64,000 bases of DNA, from the NCBI GenBank assembly GCA_013265495.1, contig MU058815.1, positions 124,001 through 188,000 on the forward strand, given 5' to 3'. The DNA is from Vicugna vicugna. Lineage: Eukaryota. Below, piece by piece: positions 37,950-49,549 of this stretch. The stretch's first letter is position 1, and each line of letters begins with the position of its first letter. Position numbers and translations under genes: made by a program. The notes below the pieces were generated by a model that made no database searches, was not told the DNA's origin, and saw nothing but the letters and a program-made list of their open reading frames with translations.

Positions 37950-38343
37950 GTATTTGCCAGAGCTGCCATAATAAAATACTATAGGCTGACTGAATTAAGA
38001 AACAGATACTTAATACTCACAATTCTGGAGGTCAGACGTCCAAAATCAAGGTCCGAAAAATCCAGTTTCTGCTGAGACCTTTCTTCCAGGCTTGCAGATG
38101 GCCACTTTCCTTCTGTGTTCTCACATGGACTTTTCTCCGTGCATGAATGCAGAAGCAGAGAGAGCTCACGTGTCTCTTCCTTTTCTTATAAGGACACTAG
38201 TCCTGTAACATTAGGAACCCCACCCTTATGGCCTCATTTAACCCTAATTACATTCTTAAAGTCTCTATCTACAAACGTAATCACTTGGTTGTTAGAGATT
38301 CAACATACAAATTGGGATGGGGGTAACAATCCAATCCAGAACA
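37950..38343 (-). mobile_element. MLT1A-like LTR
   Basis: 'gctgccataataaaatactataggctg', 'ctcacaattctggagg', 'tcttataaggacactagtcc', 'ccttatggcctcatttaaccctaattac'. Confidence 0.8.
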
Positions 38344-38427
38344 AAGATAAAAAATTAATCGTCCGATTTTATGCCAACATCATAAATCTGTTAAACAGAA
38401 AAAGTACATCAGAAATGTTAATTTAGG

Positions 38428-38671
38428 GTGGGAAGGGACAGACTGGAAGTTCGAAATTTGTAGATACTGACACGTATGTATAGACTAGATAAACAAGATG
38501 ATACTGTGTAGCACAGGGAAATATATACAAGATCTGGTGGTAGCTCATGGTGAAAAAGAATGTGGCAATGAATATATGTATGTTTGTGTATAACTGAGAA
38601 ATTGTGCTCTACCCTGGGAATTGACACAACATTGTAAACTGACTGTAATTCAATAAAATAAAATTTGTTTA
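38428..38671 (+). mobile_element. Young L1 3' tail (~245 bp)
   Basis: 'gtgggaagggacagactggaagttcg...ttgacacaacattgtaaactgactgtaattcaataaaa'. Confidence 0.85.
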
Positions 38672-39316
38672 AAAAGTGTTTTTTTTAGGTCAATGTTTCT
38701 TACTTATGAGTATAGATGGAAAATTCTTTTTTTAAACACCTTTATTGTAATATAATTCTGCACAGTAAATAACACATATCTGAGATGTACAATTTGATGA
38801 ATTTTGATAGACATCTATGCCTATGAAACCACGACCACAGTCAAGATCGCTAACAGAGAAATTCTTAAAATTTTGAAATAAAATAAGTTTATGCAAGGAA
38901 TGGTCACTGCTCATAGATTCATGAGTGGATGATGGCAAATCCTTGCGGGAACTGGGCTGGATGAGCCATTAAGACAGCAAGGGAGGGGATGGCTCTTTAA
39001 GAATCTCTTCTGTAAGCCCTTGTGCACTTAAAGGACCCGTTTTATGGTTGCCTTTAGCAGGTAACCCTAGAACATAGGCCTGTGCTATGTTTGAAAATAA
39101 AATAGCCAACCATTAATCAGGTTATTTTGTCAACCAGTAAGGATTTTTTCATTACAGTTGCACAGGTAATTCTTGTGTCCCTGCAAAGAGCAATGGCAAG
39201 ACCACGGGTAGCGTTGAGCACAAACTCTTCCTGAGTTACAATAACCTTTTGTATTAGAACGCCTGGGTGTAATTAGCAAATTAGAGAAGTGTGTTTTCTC
39301 CTTTTAACTCATTCTG

Positions 39317-39462
39317 GTTTTTTTGCTTGTTTGTTTTCTGGACGGGAGGTAATCAGGTTTTGTTTTGTGTTTTTAATTTAATGGGTGTACTGGGGATTGA
39401 ACCCAGGACCTCGTGCATGCCAGGCATGTGTTCTACCCCTGAGCTAGGCCCTCCCTCCCCTG
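39317..39462 (-). mobile_element. tRNA-derived SINE (camelid Vic-type-like)
   Basis: 'gtactggggattgaacccaggacctcgtgcatgccaggcatgtgttctacccctgagcta'. 19-bp TSD CTCCTTTTAAC(T/C)CATTCTG (39298-39316; 39463-39481). Confidence 0.9.
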
Positions 39463-39539
39463 CTCCTTTTAACCCATTCTGAATGAATACCACACACATA
39501 AAAGTATCTTTCTCTTTTGGAAATACGTGATTACACTTT

Positions 39540-39802
39540 GGTTTTGGTTTGTTGTTTTTTTTTTTAGGATTAGATTTTTTTTTTAATTAAAGTACAGTCA
39601 GTTTACAATGCTGTGTCAGGTCTGGTGTATAGCATCATGTCATACATGGATATACATATATTCATTTTCATATTCTTTTCCACCATAAGCTACTACAAAA
39701 TATTGAATATATTTCCCTGTGCTATGCACGTATAAACTTGTTTATCTAGTTTATATATACAGTCAGTATCTGCAAATCTCGAGCTCCCAGTTTATCCCTT
39801 CC
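39540..39802 (-). mobile_element. Young L1 3' tail (~260 bp)
   Basis: T-rich tail, then 'aagtacagtcagtttacaatgctgtgtc...ctcccagtttatcccttcc'. Confidence 0.85.
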
Positions 39803-39914
39803 ATAAGATACATTTTTCTTTAATTCAAAGGGGACCCATATTCATTGTACCATGGTTTCTCTCCTTTCAGTCTTTTTGGGGTGCACTTCGGGCACGTGTA
39901 TTCTGTTGCTGTGT

Positions 39915-40428
39915 TTACTAGCTCACGGCTCTGTAGGTCCCATGTCTGGCTGGGCCCGATGGGGTCCCTGCTCGGGGCTCACAGCCTGATGTCAGCAGGC
40001 AGGCATCTTCTCTGGAGGCCGCGGGCGAGAATCTACTTGCAAACACACCCAGGATCTTGGCCAAATCCAGTTGCCTGCACCTGTGGGACTGAGGGCCCCA
40101 CTTCCTTGTTGGCTGTCAGCTCCGGCTTCTCTCAGGTCACCTGCCTGCCTTCTCACCTGGCTTCCTCCATCCCCACACCAGCAGCGTCACAGTCACGCCT
40201 TCACTTCACATCCGACTTCCTCTCCTCGGTCAGTCTGCAAGACGCTGCTTTTAAAGGGTCTCAAGGGGCAGGATTGGGCCCGTGGGGATAGTGTTTCCAC
40301 ATTAAGGTCAGCCGCGCCGTGGAGCACACCACCGTCATTAAGGGCAGGGGGTGCATCACCCAGGTCACAGGTTCTGGGCATTAGGCGGTGGAAGCCTGGG
40401 GGGCTCGTTTAGAATTCTCCTGACCACG
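39915..40428 (-). mobile_element. MLT1E-like LTR
   Basis: 'tagctcacggctctgtaggtc', 'tgtgggactgagggccccacttccttgttggctgtcagc', ends 'ttagaattctcctgaccac'. Confidence 0.7.
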
Positions 40429-40595
40429 TCTAGATATTTTAAAATATTGCATCTTTTAAACTGTGATTTGGCATTTCAAGTAACTTAAAAATGGAATGAG
40501 AATGGTGCTATTTTGTAAGCTTTTTCTTACCTATACATTGTGATTTTTTTTTTTTTTGCTCTCATCAAATATTCTTCTAGAATGTGATGTTTTTA

Positions 40596-40778
40596 GGTGT
40601 TAGGCTATAGCTCTGTGGTAGAATGAGTACTTAGCATGCATGAGGTCCTGGGTTCAATCCCCAGTACCTCCATTAAAACAAACAAACAAACAAACAAACA
40701 AGGAAACAAACAAGCAAATAAATAAATAATCCACCCTAATTTCCTACCCCACCAAAAAAATTAAAATAAAAAATAAAA
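40596..40778 (+). mobile_element. tRNA-derived SINE (camelid Vic-type-like), full length
   Basis: A box 'tatagctctgtggtaga', B box 'gggttcaatcccc', (CAAA)n linker and A-tail. TSD TAGAA(T/C)GTGATG(T/C)TTT. Confidence 0.9.
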
Positions 40779-42507
40779 TAGAACGTGATGCTTTAGGGCT
40801 GCAGAGTATGCCATCGGATGGAGGTACAGAATCCATTTCGTCACACCTGTGTTCCTGCGCATTTGCGTTGCTCCAAACGTTTCTGTTTTCTAAACCATGC
40901 GGCAGTGAACGTAGCTCACTCTGCACATCTCAAGTTCTTGGGTGTGAACCGCTGTGAAAACGATCAGTACTTTGTGGCTTCTAAGGCACACTGCCAAACT
41001 GGCCGCAGGAGAGCCACGCCAGCTCACCCTCCAACCACGGGGGTGTGAGCGGCCGCCTTCTGTGTGGTGTGCCAGCATCAGATGACCTCCTTTGTTTAAA
41101 GAAGAGAGAAAAGCAACTTGAGACTATGACGCTGTGGACAAGCCAACTGCTTAGCACCCATGCTTCATGGCTCTGGCCGCCCATAGCATTTCCTCTCCCC
41201 TGGGCATTTGCATTTAGGGGACGCTGAACATCTCAACATTCTTGCCACCCACAGAGTCACACATCAAGTGTTGTCTCATAATTAGATGCAAAGGGTATTG
41301 TCAGAGTCCCTTCTGCCTGACGGACCTTGACAGTGAAAACCAGTGACTTGAGGGCAAGTCTTCACTATATATCTACTCAACATATATTTTCACAGTAGTG
41401 AGGAGCTTGGATGCACAAGTCCCCTGGCTTCACTCTAGAGAAAACTCCTCAGACCTCATTGAAATAATCCTGTTACCCTTCTAGCCATTTCTGTTGTGTG
41501 TGGGTAAGTGGTCCTCTACTGTGCTTTCCTGCGATGAAGCCACGCCGTGCATCTGGCTGAAGCATCGTCTTCCTTTAGGAGAAGTAAGAGCGGTGCCAGG
41601 GTCCGGACAAGACTCGGCAACCCAACTTGGCCGTCCAGGTGCCACGTGTCCAGGCAAGGGCTTCTCACACAACCTGGAGAGTGGGATCTGGTCAGTGCAG
41701 ATCCTCCCATGACGGTCAAGTCCATCCAGGCCAGATGACCGCCGTCCAACACCTCAGAGTCCTTGTCTTGGAAGGTTACATGAAGTAAAGGGCTGAGGCT
41801 GGTTTGCTGTGGGGACTTCAGTGCACGAGGATGGCTATTAAGGACAGTTGCTTCACAGGGGTTCGGAGCGGCCAGTGGAGATGCGGTCACGTGTGGAGAA
41901 CGTCAGCGGTCACCACAACCTCTTCCCTTGTGCTGAACTCGATAACCAGTGCCACAGCCCCCCAAGTGTCCTCATGAGGGCACAGCCGGTCCCGGGGGAC
42001 ACTGCTGAGCAGGGTCGGCTCAAAGACATGTCTTCTAAATTGATGTCACTTCCTGCCTGTTGCAATGGTGGCCTCATCGGAGTCTTTCTTTCCACATCTT
42101 TCCACTTTAAGCGGTGGCCTCGCTCCCACTTGGCCCAAGTCCATGAAATGAGTTTCTAGCTTTTGTAGATCTCAGACCTAGTGGCAGAAGTAGACTTCTG
42201 ATTGGAGCCACTAAAATTATTTCCCAGAGACAACTAACTACCTTGTCTGTATGTACAGTCAGCCTGGGAAAGGAGACATCGTGTCTGACAGATGGCTTCA
42301 GTGCTGGCTTGTGGGAAAACTCACGTTTACTTTGTCTCGTAGTGAGAAAAGGCTTTTTCCAGGACACAACACTGATTTATAAACAATCCTCTTGTGTGGT
42401 TTCACAGCCAGAAAAGTTGCTTCACGTCGAAACAATACATAGCTTTTGTTTATTTTTGCTTTTGTTTCTGTTGCCCGGGTGGACTGACGTAGGAGAACAT
42501 TGCTTCA

Positions 42508-43052
42508 CAGAATGCTTTGCCTCTGTTTCCTTCTAGGAGGTTTATGGTGTCCTGTCTCATGTTTAAGTCTTAAAGCCGTTTTGAGTCTGTTTTTGTGTAT
42601 GGTGTGAGGAAGTGCTTTCTGACTTCATTGATTTACATCCGTCTGTCCAGCTTTCCCAACACCACTTGTTGAAGAGACTTTTTTCCATTGTATCTCTTCC
42701 CTCTTCTGTTGAAGATATTGACTGCAGGTGTGTGGGTTCATTTCTGGGCTCTCCCTTCTGCTCCATTGGTCCATGTGTCTGTTTTTGTGCCAATACCACA
42801 CTGTTTTGATGACTGTTGCTCTGTAGTATTGTCTGAAGTCTGGGAGGGTTATTCACCCAGCTTCACCCTTTTTCTTCAGTATTGGTTTGGCAATTCTGGG
42901 TCTTTTGTGATTCCACAGAAGTTTTAGGATTATTTGTTCTAGTTCTGTGAAAAAAAAAAATGTCCTGATGTATAACTGAATCGATATCCTACACACTGGA
43001 AACTAGCACAACACTGTAAATCAACTATACTTTGAATTTTTAAAAAATTTAA
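42508..43052. mobile_element. L1 ORF2 fragment (minus, ~42508-42966) abutting an L1 3' tail (plus, ~42967-43052)
   Basis: Reverse ORF2 'ccagctttcccaacaccacttgttgaagagact', then 'gtataactgaatc..cacaacactgtaaatcaactatact'. Confidence 0.75.
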
Positions 43053-44489
43053 GAATAAACCTCTGACCTCTTCTTAAGAAAATGTATACCAGTTTAGTTT
43101 TTCTAACGGAAACATTTTGTGTAGTTTCAAGTTTAAGATCCAATGCTTTACTTATTAGAAGTGACCAAAGTTATCACATTTATTTAACTCTGAGTGGCAT
43201 GACTGTTGGATATAAAGCTTTCCAGACTTTGAATTGAATACTCAATGCAACACAATACACAAGGTCACAGAGCTAACGATATCAAGAGCTTTACTAAGTG
43301 CTGTTCAGTGCATATCCCTTTTTGATAACTCTGGCTTTATTTTATGCAAATAGAATACAGAAGACCACACAATAAAGGAGCGCCATCGCTGCTCGGGGTG
43401 CACTTTCACGGGCAGAGTGAGCAGATGTTCAGGGAGACTTGGGGCCATGTGAGGACTCCTGGGCCAGGTGAACAGGCTGTGCTCTTGCAAGGTCTGGCTT
43501 CACAGGTGGCCCCATTCGAAGGCACGCAGTGCTGAGACTGGTCCTGGACATGTACCATCAACCCGCAAGTCCAACACGTTCCCTCTTAACAGTGAAATAC
43601 AGCCATTGCAGGAAGGGATGTTTTCCTCCATGCATGACTTTTTAAAAATCAAGTATGCAATCTGGTATAAAGCAAAGAGAGTTTTTTGTTTTTTTTAATC
43701 AGTACATCCAAATGGGGCTCTGCATTAAAACCGGAAGCCTGTGCGTTCATGACTGTCGTGGATGCCATTACTCAAGGCCGTTTTGGAACTTCATCGACGC
43801 CGACTTCAGAGGCAGTTTATTGGCCAAAGAAGCAAATCGACGCTCTTGAGTGCAGTCTGAGGACAGCGCGCTCAGCCCTGTGTGTGGCTTCTCAACTGCC
43901 CTCCTTTTCCCCATCTCCTCCTTCTTTAATGGTCGGGATAACAGCCCGGTGACTCCCAGACAGCGGCTGTGTTTCTGTCCCCAGGACTCAGGGTGACAAG
44001 GCTGTGGGGGCGCAGTTGAAGCCAAAGCAGGAAGAGCGAGGGCGTCAGCCCACGGCCGGGCCGGGTGGGGACCCAGCAGGCAGCGAGACCACCGCCCTCG
44101 CCCCTCCTCGGCCCGGCCCGTGAGGGGCGCTCTCGCTTGGCGCCACGCGTTTCTCACTCAGATGCCACCAAACCGGGTGAGCCGGCTGCTCATCGTCCGG
44201 TGGGACCCGGAGGCGCTGGGAAGCCAAGGACTGACCCGCAGTCACACTTCAGAAAGTCGCTTTCTCCCACCCAGACAGCGTCACAGGGCTTCTGCCTCAA
44301 GCAAGCATCCCCTGACCGCCCGCCGCGGCCCGCTGCAGTTAGAGCTGGGTCAGACCCTGGAGCCCCCGTGGAAGCGGGTTCGTGCCTCATCATCGGGTTT
44401 AACATGCCGTGTCGCTGTTGCTTCCTTAGTTCTCTGCTCTCCCGCCGGACTGCCACCAAGTCAGCATAGCCTGATGATGAGGAATTAAT

Positions 44490-44690
44490 TTAAGCCTAAA
44501 GCCAGGCTGCGGGGGTCTCAGTCCCAGCTCTGCCTCCCGGGAGTGGCGGGACACAGAGAAAGTTACATGCCTTCTCTATGCCCCATCACTGCATCTGTAA
44601 AATGGGAGTAATGATGGCACCGGTGTCACTGTGGGGATTAAACGAGCCGACATTCAGAAGGCACAGAGTAAGTGCCAGGTAAGTGTGCAG
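44490..44690 (+). mobile_element. MIR SINE
   Basis: 'cccagctctgcc..aagttacatgccttctctatgccccatcactgcatctgtaaaatgggagtaat..gtggggattaaacgag'. Confidence 0.7.
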
Positions 44691-44984
44691 CAGGCTGTGT
44701 GCATGGGTGTCCGGGACGGGCTGCGGGGGCGGCACGACAGGACCGGTGTCTGTGCACTCGCCACTTTGTTCCCAGGGTTGAGAGGGTCCAAGACAGCACC
44801 TGGTACGTGCCACACTCAATACATTGTTTCTAGATGTTGAATATCGCTGTGTTCGGGTACTGTTGCACAGCAAAAGCTGTGTTACTTACTGTCTTTATTC
44901 TGCATCTCTGAGATGTCAAATTTCCCCTCACCATGGTGCTGAAAATTGTAAGTTTTCCATCACTCCAATGCTTAAACCTATAGC

Positions 44985-45530
44985 AGACGATTGGCAAGGT
45001 GCATGTGGACTATTATGCAGAAGAAAAGAAGAAAGACGAGAACTCTCAGGCCACGAAAAGACATGGAGGAAACTTAAATGCACGTTACTAAGTGGAAGGA
45101 GCCAGTGTGGAAAGGCTGGATAGTGCATGATTCCAACTATATGACGCTCTGGAAAAGTAAAACTATGGAGACAGTAAAAAGGTCAGTGGTTGCCAGGGAC
45201 GAGCAGGGAAGGAAGGATGAGCAGACAGAGCAGAGGATTTTTTAGGGCAGTGAAACGACTCTGTATGATGCTGTAACGGTGGATACGTGATGTTACGCAT
45301 TTTGGCAAAACCCATAGAACTTAAAAACACAGAGTCAACCCTAGTGCAAACTATAGACTTTAGTTCATAACAAGGTATCAATATCGCTTCATCAGTTATA
45401 ATAAATGTACCACATTGATGCCAAGATACTAACAATAGTGGGTGTGGACGAGGGAGGGGGTTACATAGGGAACTCTGTACTTTCTGTGAAATTTTTATGT
45501 AAACCCAAAACTGCTCTAGCAAATCTATTC
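44985..45530 (+). mobile_element. L1MC-like 3' end
   Basis: 'ccacgaaaagacatggaggaaacttaaatgcacgttactaagtggaaggagccag...aaaactatggagacagtaaaaaggtcagtggttgccaggg...gggaactctgtactttctg'. Confidence 0.85.
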
Positions 45531-46107
45531 AAACAAGCTTTTTAAAAGCACGCGGGGACTCCACCCCACCTCCACATCAAAGAGAGGATGATAGCACTAA
45601 ATTTCTTTAAGTCCGTACGCCGTGCTGAGCTTGTTATTTCATTTAATCCCCGCAACAGTAACACAGGAGGCATGACTCTCATGAGTAGAACCCAAAAGAC
45701 GGACACGTCGCATGTGTATCTTCTGATTTTTCCCCCACCAGGAGGAGACTCCATCTGACAACTTCTTCTCAACTATGAAACACAGTATTCATCTAATTTG
45801 ACTGATATTAAGTTCCTCTCAAACCCACTTCTAGTAATTTTTTTGCTTTTTAAACACATGGAAAGAGAAGTAATTTTTTTTTAATTTTTAATTTTTTTTT
45901 TTTTTTTACTAAACTTTCCAAGAACACAAAGGAAGACTGAGGAAGTAGCCCCAGGGAGTATAGTCCAACTGAATAGAATATTCCAGACCCTGGGAAAGCA
46001 ACTCCAAGCTCTGCTTTGTCCTGGAAAGATAACAAAATATTGCAAAACCTACCCTTCCTTTCCAACCTCTTTCTCACAACTATTCTCCAATTTCCATCTC
46101 TCCCTTT

Positions 46108-46818
46108 TGTCGATGAAAAATTAATCAGTCGATCTAAGAAAGCAATGGGAAATTTTATTTGAGCCAAGTTTGAGGATTATAACCCAGGAGGAGCATCTCC
46201 GGAAGCTCTGAGGACGGTTCCACCAGTTGGAAATCAAGGCAAGTTTCCTAAGTGTTTTGAGACAGGAAGCTGTACATCAGATGATGTATTATTGGCAGTT
46301 CACATAATCCAGGTCTAAATGTCGTCCTGCTGGGTCATGTGACCCCATACAATATCAGGAAGGAATGTTCTTTTTCAAGGACTTGTCTTTTTTAACTTCA
46401 TTTTATTTTATTGAGTTATAAGTCAGTTTACAATGTTGTGTCAATTCCCAGTGTAGAGCACTGTTTTTCAGTTATACATGAACATACATACATTCATTGT
46501 CACATTCTTTTTCTCTGTGAATTACACCAGATCCTGTATATATTTCCCTGTGCTACACAGTACGATCTTGTTTCTCTGTTCTATATATACCTGTCAGTAT
46601 CTACAACTTTCAAACTCCCAGTCTGCAAGGACTTGCCTCGATGCTGGGTGAACATCACTGTCTACGGTGGGGTACTCCTGCTGGCGGGGGAGGTTCGGTC
46701 CTCGCGCAACGCAGATACCCAATACACAGCACGGGGAGAGGGGGTCAAGGGCAGCAAAGAATTTTTTTTAAGTCTAATTTTTTCTTGTCTTGCCATAAAA
46801 CATGAATTTTACTTCACA
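46108..46818 (-). mobile_element. ERV1-type solo LTR with nested young L1 tail
   Basis: TG...CA ends, 4-bp TSD CTTT (46104-46107; 46819-46822), and AATAAA on the minus strand near 46155. Confidence 0.8.
46388..46625 (-). mobile_element. Young L1 3' tail (238 bp)
   Basis: 12-bp TSD CAAGGACTTG(T/C)C (46376-46387; 46626-46637). Same 3'UTR family as the other tails. Confidence 0.9.
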
Positions 46819-46986
46819 CTTTCTAGGGTAAAATTCAATTTAATTACACTACCCTCAGTTATTCATGAGATTTTTTTTTCAGCGCTGATGGCGTGCCGCT
46901 CACCAGGCTTGACAGTCAACACAGAGTGAGGAAGAAAGCGGCTCCCAGTTCTCCTCCTTCCCAGCCATTTGCCCTTAGCGCACTCT

Positions 46987-47056
46987 AGCTTGCACACCCA
47001 TCCTCCCTGCCTGATTTCCAGCTTGCACACCCATCCTCCCTGCCTGATTTCCAGCT
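46987..47056. repeat. 33-bp perfect tandem duplication
   Basis: AGCTTGCACACCCATCCTCCCTGCCTGATTTCC twice, plus AGCT. Confidence 0.95.
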
Positions 47057-48332
47057 CTCTGTTGGGGGCTTCTTCAGAGGGTGGGAGACATCCAATTTCT
47101 AATAAAATCTCAATAGAACACATTGCCATAGTGCAGCGGAAGACAAGGAAACATTGACCATGATCTTCCAATGTGCTGTCACTCTCAGAAAGGTCTATGC
47201 CGTTGATTAGAAGGACTGTTGGCCAATGGCTCCCACTTGTGCGTTATTTTCATGGTAAATTTCGGTTTTATGGATTAATAGTGCGTGCTCCGTAAGAATC
47301 AGTTGCTTTTTTTTTTTTTTTTTGTCTTGGCCCACTTTAAGTTTGCAAAAACTTTAATTATGTTGAATACTTTCTTGTTCTCAGAATCTAGGGTAGTTTG
47401 AAGGTTATGATTTCAGATTCCCTGTATCTTCCCTTATCTAACTTTGCCCAATCTCCTCTCTCTTTTCCCTGAGAGCGTGATGAGGTTCTGCAATGAGGAA
47501 GAGACTTCACTTCCTACAGATGTTTACTGCTCTGCCAGATCTTCGCTGGAACACTTTTCTCTTCTGAAATGCCATCTATTGTTCGTGGTTGTGTAACACT
47601 TCCTGTCAGCGGGGCTGTTGTTTAAACAAGGCATTCCTGAACATTACCTTATTCCCAACAGGCTTTTTTCATTTTCCAGATGGAGGAACTCAGAGATTTG
47701 AAGAGACCCCTTGAAGGATGGAGAAACTAAGCCACTGTTAAAACCCTGTCAGTGTTCAGCTTTTCCATAAACATTCTGTTGTGGTCTGTAATTGCCCCGT
47801 GATAAAGCTGGTCAGTCTCCGTGGATATCAGAATGTGTTAGGATTGACAGACGTGAGCAGATACCAACAGTGCGTGCAAGTTCCTTCAAGTGTACATGAA
47901 GGACCGCTCAGCGTCCACCTTGCACAGGCAACCCACCGCCTCCCCGTAAGTCCCCCTGAAGTTGCTTGGGGAGGATTCCACCGGGTGCTTCAGGGAACTC
48001 CCCTGGGCACCCTCCGGGCTGATATCCCCTTGGACCCTCCCAGCTTTCCTGGAGACTGGCTACGAGTTTGCCTGTAAAATTCCTCCATCCCTGAGTTCTT
48101 CCTGAGTCACTGCATTTCCCAGGTGCACACTGCCCACCCAGGGGTTCTTCAGGCCCTTTTGAAATCCATCCTTCAGTCACCCCTGCTGAAGGCTGAATGT
48201 TCCAGCAGGGTCAACTCAGCAAGGCTGACTTCTCTTTCTTTTAAAAACATTTCTTACACCCAAGAAATCAAAACCCTTCTGATACAATAACTACTTGAAC
48301 TGAATGATAAGAAGAAAATGTATTAATTAAAC

Positions 48333-49344
48333 CAATAGTTCTCAGACTTCTTGGTCTCAGGGTCCCTTTGTGACTTTCAAAAGAATTGAGGCCCTCCCCC
48401 AAAAGCTTTTGTTTATTATTTGTTTGCTGATATTTCACAGTACTAGAAATTAAACCTGTTTTAAAACATTACTAATTCATTGAAAACAGCAATAATAAAC
48501 TCATTACATGTTAACACCAAAAATATATTTTAAGCAAAAGTTTAAATTCCCAAACTAAACAGTCATGAACACAGTGTCCGTGTTTCACATTCTTGCAAAT
48601 CTTTTTCATATCAGCTTAGAAGACGGATGGCAGGATCTCATCTCTGCTTCTGCATTTCATCTGTTATGATATTGCTACTAAATCCAAACTCATTCTGCTC
48701 GCCACACGACAGGCCAATAAATCAGGAGGTGAGGTGTTGGGGCAAGGAATAATGACTTTATTGGGAAAGTCAACAAGTCAAGAAGATGGGGGACTAATGT
48801 CTTAGAGAACCATCTTCCCCAGGTCAGAGTTCAGGCTCCTTTTGTGTTAAAAAGGGGAAGGGGGTGTGGTTGGTTGTTGCAAACTTCTTGGTGTCAGAAT
48901 CCTTGGTTCTTGCAGCCATCCCCATGGGCCAGGTCATGGTGGCCCTGCAAACCTCCAGCAAGACAAATGTTCTTCTCTGTTCTGCAACTTCCTATCTCTG
49001 TATGAATGGAAAAGTGTTACACCCTTACAGGGCAGAGCTTTGGGAACAGGCTTTCCTGTCTATTTCAGGCCATAGGCAAGATTCTTTTACAAAAGGTGCT
49101 GAACCAGCTTGACTGAGCACAGGACACAGAGCGCTGGGTTAGAGCCAAAGGAGCAGATCTGGTATGGAGTCAGCTTTCTTCGTCCCCATTACAATGTCAC
49201 AGGTTGAATGTCCTCTGGAAATCTTCACTGGGAGCTCATGAAAGGATGCGACTGAAAAAGCCAGGTGCCATCTTAGCCGGATGAGGGAAAGATTTGACCT
49301 CATGGAGCACCAGGGATCCACGAACCACAGTTTGAGAAGTACTG
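48333..49344 (+). mobile_element. hAT-Charlie DNA transposon (MER119-like), split by an LTR
   Basis: TIRs 'caatagttctcagact' / 'agtttgagaagtactg'. 8-bp TSD AATTAAAC/AGTTAAAC. Confidence 0.75.
48673..49193 (-). mobile_element. ERV1-type solo LTR
   Basis: TG...CA ends, 4-bp TSD ATAT/ATGT, and 'ctttattg' (AATAAA on minus). Interrupts the Charlie element. Confidence 0.75.
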
Positions 49345-49549
49345 AGTTAAACAAACCCTGTTTCACTTAACAAAAATATACTAACAATAGTGGTATCATT
49401 TGTCCCTTTTTTGACCCCTTTTGGATGTTGGAGGTACTTACTCCCCACTCCCACTGCCCATTAATCCACAAAATCACACTGGAGGTGCATCTCTTCCCCA
49501 GCACATCCGATGTGATTTTAAAGCCTTTCACACATCTGATTCCAGTAGA

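Noticed and set aside
40596..40672. tRNA-like sequence with A/B boxes (also at 14500 and 39390)
   Set aside because: These are SINE heads with tails and TSDs, not tRNA genes.
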